From contig MGBT01000060.1 in assembly GCA_001788395.1 (NCBI GenBank), positions 4,233 through 67,381 of the forward strand: a DNA stretch of 63,149 nucleotides, written 5' to 3'. Of the stretch, positions 54,670-61,856 are shown in pieces (within the stretch, counting starts at the first letter, position 1; the number at the start of each line of letters is the position of its first letter). This stretch comes from Candidatus Rokubacteria bacterium GWA2_70_23. GTDB lineage: Bacteria > Methylomirabilota > Methylomirabilia > Rokubacteriales > CSP1-6. The notes under the pieces are model-generated. The model did no database searches. It saw only the letters and a list, made by a program, of their open reading frames with translations, and was not told the origin of the DNA. Both the position numbers and the translations under genes were made by a program.

Positions 54670-55476
54670 ATGAGACGAGCGCTGACCGCATCGAGCCTGC
54701 TGCTGGCCTGGCTGGTCCTGACCGCGCCCGCCGCCATCGGCTACAGCGGGGGACCGCTGAGGACTGTCACCGACCTCACGCCTAGCTGCGCGGGGTGCCA
54801 CAGCTCCTTCAACCGAGAGCAGCTCCGCGAGCTACCCGATGCCGTGGCCGCCTCTCTCATCCCTGACACCCGCCACTACAAGGCCATCGAGGACGGCACC
54901 GGCCCCTACCAGGCGATGTCGCCCGCCGACCGGCAGAAGCTCCTGGCCGACGTGAAGACGATGGACCGGAACGCTTCCGTGACGATCAGCGTGCCGCAGA
55001 GCCTGAAGCCGGGCCAGGAAGCGCAGATCACGGCCCAGGTCAAGGGAGGCCATGGGATCGTGGGCGTGCTCCTCGTGGACACGGACCTCCGGTTCCAGGC
55101 GCGGCCTCTCCAGTCCGACGGCTGGCTGATCGTGGGCGCGCCGAAGATCTGGGGAACCGACGGCAAGGAGCAGACGCGGTGGGTGGACAGCCGGGCGTCG
55201 GGCCTCAAGAAGAACCTGAATTCCGCCATCATCTTCGGGCAGGTCAGCGACCTCGCCGCCGGGAAGTTCGCCGAGGGTAAGGCCGTCTGGACGGTGAAGG
55301 CGCCGCAGGAGCCCGGCACCTACTCGGTGACGATCGCGTTCCAGTTCGGCACCGAGAAGGCCTCGTCCGTCGGGACCGTGACGACTGCCACGGGTGTCGT
55401 GCTTCCGAGGGGCGGACCGGGCGGTCCCTCCTCCCGTATCATGTTCGCCAAGCCCGTCATGGTGACGGTGCGCTAG
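54670..55476 (+). CDS. Secreted protein with a single CXXCH haem-c motif and a beta-rich body
   Basis: ATG 54670 in ORF 54634..55476, preceded by AGGAGG. Signal-peptide-like MRRALTASSLLLAWLVLTAPAA; CAGCH about 25 aa later. The remainder has no motif I recognise. Confidence 0.7.
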   Translation: MRRALTASSLLLAWLVLTAPAAIGYSGGPLRTVTDLTPSCAGCHSSFNREQLRELPDAVAASLIPDTRHYKAIEDGTGPYQAMSPADRQKLLADVKTMDRNASVTISVPQSLKPGQEAQITAQVKGGHGIVGVLLVDTDLRFQARPLQSDGWLIVGAPKIWGTDGKEQTRWVDSRASGLKKNLNSAIIFGQVSDLAAGKFAEGKAVWTVKAPQEPGTYSVTIAFQFGTEKASSVGTVTTATGVVLPRGGPGGPSSRIMFAKPVMVTVR

Positions 55477-55503
55477 CCGGACGGCCAGCGGGGCGAAGTC
55501 GGC

Positions 55504-56172
55504 ATGGCGCGCTCGTGGCGGCGCCGCCTTGTCTTCGGGACGGCAACGGCGGCGGGCGTGTGCCTCGTCGCGGCCGTCACCCTCGCGGTAGTCGCCGCGA
55601 AGGAGCGTGACAACCGCTTCTGTGTCTCCTGCCATCTCCACGAAGAGAAGTTCGACCGCTTCACCTCGACCGCCGCGACGGATCTCGCGGGTGTCCATCA
55701 AGTCAAGGATCGGGGGGTCGGCTGTATCGCCTGCCACGGCGGCGCCGATGCGGGCATGCGCGCCCGAGTGTGGGCCCTGGCCGCCATCGACACGGCGAAG
55801 TACCTGGTCGGGCTCCACGAGGAGCCCGCCCGCATGAAACTCTCACTCCGGGACGCCGAGTGCCGCCAGTGCCACCGTCCGATCCTCAAGGCTCCAGTGG
55901 CCGGCGGCCCGGCCGCTTCTTCCGCGCTGACCGGAGGCGCGCCGCTGCCGGCCCGGGCCATCGACCCGAGCGATGAGTCCACGTTCGCCGCTACGTCCCA
56001 GGGCGAAGGGGCCGCGGCGGCCTCCTATCACGCCCTCCGCGACCATGACGGGGTAACCGTCCGCTGCGTCCGCTGCCACACGAGCCACACCACTGACAGC
56101 GGCGCGAAGGATCGATTCATCTCGAAGAGGATCGTCCAGCCCATCTGCAGGGAGTGTCACAAGCAGATGTGA
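55504..56172 (+). CDS. Membrane-anchored pentahaem cytochrome c, NapC/NirT/NrfH-like
   Basis: N-terminal TM helix followed at once by FCVSCH. Five CXXCH motifs in total (CVSCH, CIACH, CRQCH, CVRCH, CRECH). Confidence 0.8.
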   Translation: MARSWRRRLVFGTATAAGVCLVAAVTLAVVAAKERDNRFCVSCHLHEEKFDRFTSTAATDLAGVHQVKDRGVGCIACHGGADAGMRARVWALAAIDTAKYLVGLHEEPARMKLSLRDAECRQCHRPILKAPVAGGPAASSALTGGAPLPARAIDPSDESTFAATSQGEGAAAASYHALRDHDGVTVRCVRCHTSHTTDSGAKDRFISKRIVQPICRECHKQM

Positions 56173-56252
56173 CGGGGAACCGGAAGCCCTCATTCCTCAA
56201 GCTGTCCAACGAGACCCAGCTGGAGATGGACCTGACCTTCGTCCGGCAGTGA
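56169..56252 (+). CDS. 27-codon ORF coupled to the cytochrome stop (not in ORF track)
   Basis: GTG 56169 overlaps ATG-TGA of the cytochrome gene. VTGNRKPSFLKLSNETQLEMDLTFVRQ. 26 of 27 sense codons end in G/C (hand count). Confidence 0.3.
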   Translation: MTGNRKPSFLKLSNETQLEMDLTFVRQ

Positions 56253-56301
56253 CGCGCAGGGCGGGAGGCTGGCGGCACCGTCGGGCTCGCGCTCGCTGTT
56301 C

Positions 56302-56330
56302 TTGTCGTTCGGGGCCGCGTATCTTAGAAT
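56302..56330 (+). promoter_or_regulatory. Promoter candidate for meaB
   Basis: TTGTCG (56302-56307), 17-nt spacer, TAGAAT (56325-56330). Confidence 0.4.
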
Positions 56331-56382
56331 GCCCGGGTGCGATCCCATCCCGCGACCCCCGCGCTCCCGCCCGTCTGACCCC

Positions 56383-57345
56383 ATGGATCTCGTCACGCGC
56401 ATGCTCGATGGCGATCGGCTGGCGCTCGCGCGGCTGATCACGCGCGTCGAGAACCGGGCGGACGGCGTGCCCGCCGTCATGCGGGAGATCCACCCCCGCC
56501 TCGGCCGCGCCTATGTCCTCGGCATCACCGGCCCCCCCGGGGCGGGGAAGTCCACCCTGGTGGATCGGCTGACGGCGCTCCTGCGCGCCGAGAGCGTGCC
56601 CGTCGGCATCATCGCCGTGGACCCCTCCAGCCCCTTCACGGGCGGGGCCGTGCTCGGCGACCGGATCCGCATGCAGACCCACACGCTGGACCCGGACGTC
56701 TTCATCCGCAGCATGGCCACTCGCGGCAGCCTGGGGGGGCTCGCCCGCGCCACGGGCAATGTGGTCAAGCTCATGGACGCCTTCGGCTTCCCGTGGGTCA
56801 TCGTCGAGACCGTCGGGGTAGGGCAGACCGAGCTCGATATCATCAAGCAGGTCGACACCACCGTGGTCACGCTGGTCCCGGAATCGGGCGACGCCGTGCA
56901 GACCATGAAGGCCGGGCTCATGGAGGTCGCCGACGTCTTCGCGGTGAACAAGGCCGACCGCCAGGGCGCGCATCAGCTCATGGCCGACCTGCGCTTCACC
57001 GTGCACCTGCACTACTCGAGCACGGCTTCCCCCAAGGACATCGACTGGGAGATCCCGGTGCTCGCCACCCAGGCGGTGAACGACGTGGGCGTGGCGGAGC
57101 TCCTGGACCACATCAAGCGGCACCGGGCCGCTCTGGAGGCGAGCGGAGCCTTCGAGAAGCGCCGCCAGGCGCGCCGGCGGGCCGAGCTGGAGGCGCTCCT
57201 GGTGGAGGAGCTCACCGCGCAGGTGATGGAGCGCGTCCACGCTGACGAGGACCTCTCGCGCATCCTGGAGGCCGTGACGGGCGGCACCCTCGATCCCTAC
57301 TCCGGGGTGGCCGAGATCCTCGCCTGGATCCTCCGCCGCCCTTGA
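56383..57345 (+). CDS. meaB: Methylmalonyl-CoA mutase-associated G3E GTPase (MeaB/ArgK)
   Basis: ATG 56383 in ORF 56302..57345. LARLITRVEN; GITGPPGAGKSTL P-loop; VNKAD. Confidence 0.92.
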   Translation: MDLVTRMLDGDRLALARLITRVENRADGVPAVMREIHPRLGRAYVLGITGPPGAGKSTLVDRLTALLRAESVPVGIIAVDPSSPFTGGAVLGDRIRMQTHTLDPDVFIRSMATRGSLGGLARATGNVVKLMDAFGFPWVIVETVGVGQTELDIIKQVDTTVVTLVPESGDAVQTMKAGLMEVADVFAVNKADRQGAHQLMADLRFTVHLHYSSTASPKDIDWEIPVLATQAVNDVGVAELLDHIKRHRAALEASGAFEKRRQARRRAELEALLVEELTAQVMERVHADEDLSRILEAVTGGTLDPYSGVAEILAWILRRP

Positions 57346-57408
57346 CAGCGCCCCGGGCCGGCTTCAATCTACGGCTGCGCGGCGCAGGCCGGGCCCGGCC
57401 GCCAGGAC

Positions 57409-57640
57409 GCCCCGATGAGGGCCACAGGCCCGAAGAGGCCCAAGCGCAAGGCGGTGTGATCCACAGTAAGGCGAGATGGAGAGAGGGCCACAGGCCCGAA
57501 GAGGCCCAAGCGCAAGGCGGCGTCATCCACAGTAAGGCGAGATGGAGAGAGCGCCGGAGGCGCGAAGAGGCCCGGCCGCAAGGCGGTGTCATCCACAGTA
57601 AGGCGAGATGGAAGAGGCCGAACCGCCGAGCGATGTGAAC
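57409..57640 (+). repeat. 66-bp tandem repeat, about 3.3 copies, preceded by the CCCCGATGAG box
   Basis: Units start at 57416, 57482 and 57548, with a partial fourth at 57614. Each full unit contains a 5-bp stem / 3-nt loop followed by GAAGAGGCCC and ...ATCCACAGTAAGGCGAGATGGAGA. Confidence 0.9.
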
Positions 57641-57673
57641 TTGCAACAGCTCCACCAACAGGGGTCTCCCTGA

Positions 57674-59683
57674 ATGTCGCCCTCCCATGAGTGGTACGGG
57701 ATCATCCCCGGGTGGCTCCCCTTCTACGCGCTGATCCTCGTCGCCCTCGTGCTCTTCGGCCTGCGGGTGACCTACCTCGTCCGCGTCATGCTGACGGGAA
57801 CGCCGGCCGCCCGCTGGGACGATGTCCCGGCGCGGCTCCGGGCGGTGCTCGTGTTCGTGCTGGGCCAGCTGCGCCTCATCCGGGGAGACTTCTGGCCCGG
57901 GCTCATGCACGCCACGATCTTCTGGGGCTTCATGGTCCTGACGGCCGGCACCATCGAGTTCTTCGGCAAGGGCGTCACCGAGGCCTTCGCGCTGCCGTTC
58001 CTCTCCGACACGCCGGGCTTCCTGATCCTTCAGGATTTCTTCAGCGTGGCCGTCATCGTCGCGCTGGGCTACATGGCGTTCCGCCGGCTGGTGACGCGGC
58101 CGAAGCGGCTCACGCTCAGCCCCGAGGGGTTGCTGATCCTGGGGCTCATCTTCGGCCTCATGGTGACGGACTTGCTCGCCGACGGCGCCCAGCTCGCGCT
58201 GACCCCGGCCGCCACCGACCGCTGGGCCTTCGCCGGCAAGGCCATCGCCGGCGCGCTCGGGGGGCTGCCGGGGAGCGCCCTGCAGGGGATCTTCCACGTG
58301 TCGTGGTGGATTCACGCGGTGATCCTGCTGGGCTTCCTGGTGTGGCTGCCGTACTCCAAGCACCTGCATGTCATGGCGGCCCCGTTCAACGTCTTCTTCG
58401 CTCCGCTCACCCCGAAGGGGCGGTTCACGACGCCGGACCTCGAGCATGCGGAGAGCTTCGGCGTCGGCGCCATCACCGAGTTCACCTGGAAGGACCTCTT
58501 CGACCTCTACAACTGCACCGAGTGCGGGCGCTGCACCTCCCTCTGCCCCGCCAACATCAGCGGCAAGCAGCTGGATCCGAAGATGCTCATTCTCAACCTC
58601 CGGGAGCATCTCCTCGAGAGCGGCCCCCGGCTCCTGGCGGGCGCCGCGGCCAAGGAGGGGAGCGGGCACGCCGAGGCCGCGCCCATGGTCGGCGGGGTGA
58701 TCGCCGACAATGTCCTCTGGGCCTGCACGGCCTGCCGCTGGTGCGTGGACGCCTGCCCCGTCTTCATCGAGCACGTGCCGAAGATCGTGGACATGCGCCG
58801 CTGGCTCGTGCTGACCGAGTCGCGCTTTCCGGCGGAGCTCGGGCCCACGTTCCGCAACCTCGAGAACAACGGCAGCCCCTTCCAGGTGGACTGGCAGACG
58901 CGGGCCGACTGGGCGAAGGAGCTGGGCGTCAAGGTCATGCGGGACGTGCGCGAGGCCGAGTACCTCTACTGGGTCGGCTGCTACGGCTCCTTCGACGAGC
59001 GCAACAAGAAGGTCGCGCGCGCCTTCGTCCGGCTCCTGCAGGCCGCCGGCGTGGATTTCGCCATCCTGGGGAACGAGGAGAAGTGCTCGGGCGAGCCGGC
59101 CCGCCGCCTCGGCCACGAGTACCTCTTCCAGACGCTGGCCCAGGGCAATGTCAAGACGCTCAAGCAGTACACGTTCCAGAAGATCGTGACCGCGTGCCCC
59201 CACTGCTTCAACACCCTCCGCAACGAGTACCCGGACTTCGACGGTCACTTCCAGGTGATCCACCACTCGGAGCTCCTGGACGAGCTGATCGCTTCGGGGC
59301 GCCTCACGGTCTCGCGGGAGCGGAGCGAGCGGATCACCTATCACGACGCGTGCAATCTGGGCCGCTACAACGATATCTACGACGAGCCGCGGCGGGTGCT
59401 CGGCTCCGTGGCCCGCACCGAGCTGCTGGAGATGACCCTGTCCCGGTCCAAGGGGTTCTGCTGCGGGGGCGGCGGCGGCCGCGCCTGGATGGAGGAGACC
59501 GAGGGACGCCGCGTGAACCAGGTGCGGGTGGAGCAGGCGATGGAAGTGAACCCGGACATCCTGGCCTCGGCCTGCCCCTTCTGCCTCACCATGTTCGAGG
59601 ACGGGGTGAAGGCGAAGGAGGTCGGCGACAGGATCAAGACCCGGGACATCGCCGAGCTGCTCGTCGAGAGCCTGAAGCCGTAG
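57674..59683 (+). CDS. Membrane-bound Fe-S oxidoreductase: NarI/DsrM-like multi-TM domain fused to an HdrD/DsrK/GlpC-like domain
   Basis: About 6 N-terminal TM helices. Two 4Fe-4S motifs (CTECGRCTSLCP, CTACRWCVDACP). Two Cys-rich CCG-type regions (WVGCYGS..., GFCCGGGGG). Confidence 0.85.
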   Translation: MSPSHEWYGIIPGWLPFYALILVALVLFGLRVTYLVRVMLTGTPAARWDDVPARLRAVLVFVLGQLRLIRGDFWPGLMHATIFWGFMVLTAGTIEFFGKGVTEAFALPFLSDTPGFLILQDFFSVAVIVALGYMAFRRLVTRPKRLTLSPEGLLILGLIFGLMVTDLLADGAQLALTPAATDRWAFAGKAIAGALGGLPGSALQGIFHVSWWIHAVILLGFLVWLPYSKHLHVMAAPFNVFFAPLTPKGRFTTPDLEHAESFGVGAITEFTWKDLFDLYNCTECGRCTSLCPANISGKQLDPKMLILNLREHLLESGPRLLAGAAAKEGSGHAEAAPMVGGVIADNVLWACTACRWCVDACPVFIEHVPKIVDMRRWLVLTESRFPAELGPTFRNLENNGSPFQVDWQTRADWAKELGVKVMRDVREAEYLYWVGCYGSFDERNKKVARAFVRLLQAAGVDFAILGNEEKCSGEPARRLGHEYLFQTLAQGNVKTLKQYTFQKIVTACPHCFNTLRNEYPDFDGHFQVIHHSELLDELIASGRLTVSRERSERITYHDACNLGRYNDIYDEPRRVLGSVARTELLEMTLSRSKGFCCGGGGGRAWMEETEGRRVNQVRVEQAMEVNPDILASACPFCLTMFEDGVKAKEVGDRIKTRDIAELLVESLKP

Positions 59684-59700
59684 GCGACAAGACGGCGCCC

Positions 59701-60048
59701 GTGAAGGACCTGCTCCTCCTGCTTCCCCGGCTGGCGCGGATGATCGCCTCGCTCCTGACCGACCGCCAGGTGCCGACGGCCGCGAAGGTGGCGCTGGCCG
59801 CGGTGGCCGTGTATCTGGCGAGCCCGGTGGACCTGATTCCCGACTTCATCCCGTTTCTCGGCTACCTCGACGACGCCCTCCTCGTGGCCGTGGTCGTGGA
59901 CGGCCTGCTCAACTACCTCGACCGCTCGCTCCTCCTCAAGTACTGGCCTGGTGGCGTCGCGTCGCTGGACGCCACGGCCGCCGTGGCGCGCCGGCTGGCT
60001 CGCTGGGTGCCCGGCCGCCTCAAGGCGCGGATCTTCGCGGGCCGCTGA
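59701..60048 (+). CDS. DUF1232 (YkvA-like) membrane protein
   Basis: GTG 59701 in the tail of ORF 57691..60048. DLIPDFIPFLGYLDD family signature. Confidence 0.8.
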   Translation: MKDLLLLLPRLARMIASLLTDRQVPTAAKVALAAVAVYLASPVDLIPDFIPFLGYLDDALLVAVVVDGLLNYLDRSLLLKYWPGGVASLDATAAVARRLARWVPGRLKARIFAGR

Positions 60049-60068
60049 GCCTTCCCCAGGGGTTGCCC

Positions 60069-61844
60069 ATGGACGCCTCCTATCACGACCTGATTCGCCG
60101 ACGGCTCGCGCTGCCCTACGAGGAGGGACCGGACAAGGTCTCGACCCTCGAAGAGGCGGTCGGGCGCCACGTCAAGGCGGCAGACATGCTCTACCTCGGC
60201 GCCGCCCACGGGCGCGCCAACCCGCTCATGCGCGAGGTGGTCCGCCAGTGGTGGGGGAAGCGGCCGGGCTTCACGCTGGCCGCCGTCGGCATCGGCTCGC
60301 CCTGGACGGCCCTCATCCACGGCGGGCTCGTCACGCGCGTCATCACGACGTTCATGGGCGAGGGCTATCCCTTCCCGAGGCCCCAGGCGCTCATCTCGCG
60401 CGCGATCCTCGACGGCCGGCTCGAGGTCCAGAACTGGTCCATGCTGACCTTCCCGCTGCGCCTGCTGGCGGGGGCCATGGGGTTGCCCTTCCTGCCGACG
60501 CGCTCGCTGCTGGGCTCCTCCATGGAGGAGGACAACACGCGCGCCGGAGACTTCATCGCCACCGAGGATCCGTTCGGGAGCGAGGGGCGCGTGGGCTACG
60601 TGAAGGCGCTCGTTCCCGACGTGGCGCTGATCCACGCCTGGGCGGCGGACCGGGCGGGCAACGTCATCATCGCCCCGCCCATGAACGAGAGCCTCTACGG
60701 CGCCATGGCCGCCCGGCGCGGGGCCGTGGTGACGGTGGAGAAGATCGTCTCCACGGAGCTCATCCGCCGCCACGCGAGCCTGGTCAAGCTCCCGTCCCAG
60801 TACGTCCAGGCCGTCGTGGAAGCGCCCCACGGCGCCCATCCGGGCGGCATGTGGGGGATGAACGTGCCCGAGCTCGAGGGCTACGCCGAGGACCTCGACT
60901 GGATCCTCGATTGCCGCAAGGCCTTCAGGAAGCCCGAGACGGCGGATGCCTGGATCCGCGAGTGGATCCTGGACGTGCCGACGCATCAGGCCTACCTCGC
61001 CAAGATCGGCTACGCCAAGCTCATGGAGGCCAAGGGGCGGGCGCATGCCGATGCCTGGGTGTCGGAGCTCGAGTCCTTGTCGGACGGGCTGCCGTCGGGG
61101 CCGGCGGTGAACGGCGCCGAGTGGATGGTGGTGGCCGCCTCGCGCATCCTCGCCGACAAGGTGCGCGCCAACGGCTACAAGACCTTCCTCGCGGGCGTGG
61201 GCAACTCCAACCTGGCGGCCTGGCTCGCCGCCTATCAGCTCAAGCGGGACGGGGTGGACGTGGAGCTGATGGCCGAGACGGGAATGGTCGGATACCTCCC
61301 GCGCCCCGCCGAGCCCTTCGTCTTCTCCTTCCGCAACTTCCCGTCCTCCAAGATGCTCACGGACATCCTGCACGTCATGGGGATCTTCATGGGCGGGCGC
61401 CACAACCAGTGCATCGGCTCGCTGGCGGCCGGGCAGGTGGACAAGCACGGCAACATCAACTCGACCATCATCCCCGGCGTCACCTACGTCACGGGCTCAG
61501 GCGGGGCCAACGACATCACCTCCTCCGCGCGCGAGGTGGTGGTGTGCCTCGAGCAGCGGCCCTCGCGCTTCGTGGACAAGGTGCCGTACATCACGGCGCC
61601 GGGCCGGGCGGTGCGCGCGGTGGTCTCCGACCTCGGCGTCTACGAGAAGGACGACGAGCACGGCGAGCTGCAGCTCACGGCCATCTATGGCGAGGGGAGC
61701 GAGGAGGAGGCCGTCGGCAAGGCGCGCGCGGCGTGCGGCTGGGATTTGCGTGTCGCCCCGCGCCTCCGCCGCGTCGAGGCGCCGACGGCGGACGAGCTCG
61801 GGCTCATCCGGCTCTTCGACCCGCGCCGCTACTTCCTGGGTTAA
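60069..61844 (+). CDS. CoA-transferase, fused A- and B-subunit-like halves (glutaconate / 3-oxoacid CoA-transferase family)
   Basis: ORF 60063..61844 (TTG 60063 or ATG 60069). The N-terminal half resembles subunit A. The C-terminal half carries QVDKHGNINST and VTGSGGANDI, typical of subunit B. Confidence 0.75.
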   Translation: MDASYHDLIRRRLALPYEEGPDKVSTLEEAVGRHVKAADMLYLGAAHGRANPLMREVVRQWWGKRPGFTLAAVGIGSPWTALIHGGLVTRVITTFMGEGYPFPRPQALISRAILDGRLEVQNWSMLTFPLRLLAGAMGLPFLPTRSLLGSSMEEDNTRAGDFIATEDPFGSEGRVGYVKALVPDVALIHAWAADRAGNVIIAPPMNESLYGAMAARRGAVVTVEKIVSTELIRRHASLVKLPSQYVQAVVEAPHGAHPGGMWGMNVPELEGYAEDLDWILDCRKAFRKPETADAWIREWILDVPTHQAYLAKIGYAKLMEAKGRAHADAWVSELESLSDGLPSGPAVNGAEWMVVAASRILADKVRANGYKTFLAGVGNSNLAAWLAAYQLKRDGVDVELMAETGMVGYLPRPAEPFVFSFRNFPSSKMLTDILHVMGIFMGGRHNQCIGSLAAGQVDKHGNINSTIIPGVTYVTGSGGANDITSSAREVVVCLEQRPSRFVDKVPYITAPGRAVRAVVSDLGVYEKDDEHGELQLTAIYGEGSEEEAVGKARAACGWDLRVAPRLRRVEAPTADELGLIRLFDPRRYFLG

Positions 61845-61856
61845 CAGGAGACTCCG

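Noticed and set aside
57409-57440. CCGAUGAG-stem-GAA resembles the hammerhead ribozyme core (CUGAUGA-stem II-GAAA).
   Set aside because: The essential U of the CUGA turn is C in all copies. The nucleotide after GAA is G, not the conserved A. I could not assemble stems I and III or a cleavage-site triplet. Two array copies replace the box with GATGGAGAGAG.
57342-57638. 98-aa ORF reading through the 66-bp array as a repeat-containing protein (…GHRPEEAQAQGGVIHSKARWRE… x3).
   Set aside because: It starts inside the meaB 3' end and has no SD. Its third-position composition is not like that of the real genes here. The minus-strand frame is equally open, and the compensatory stem changes point to nucleic-acid-level selection.
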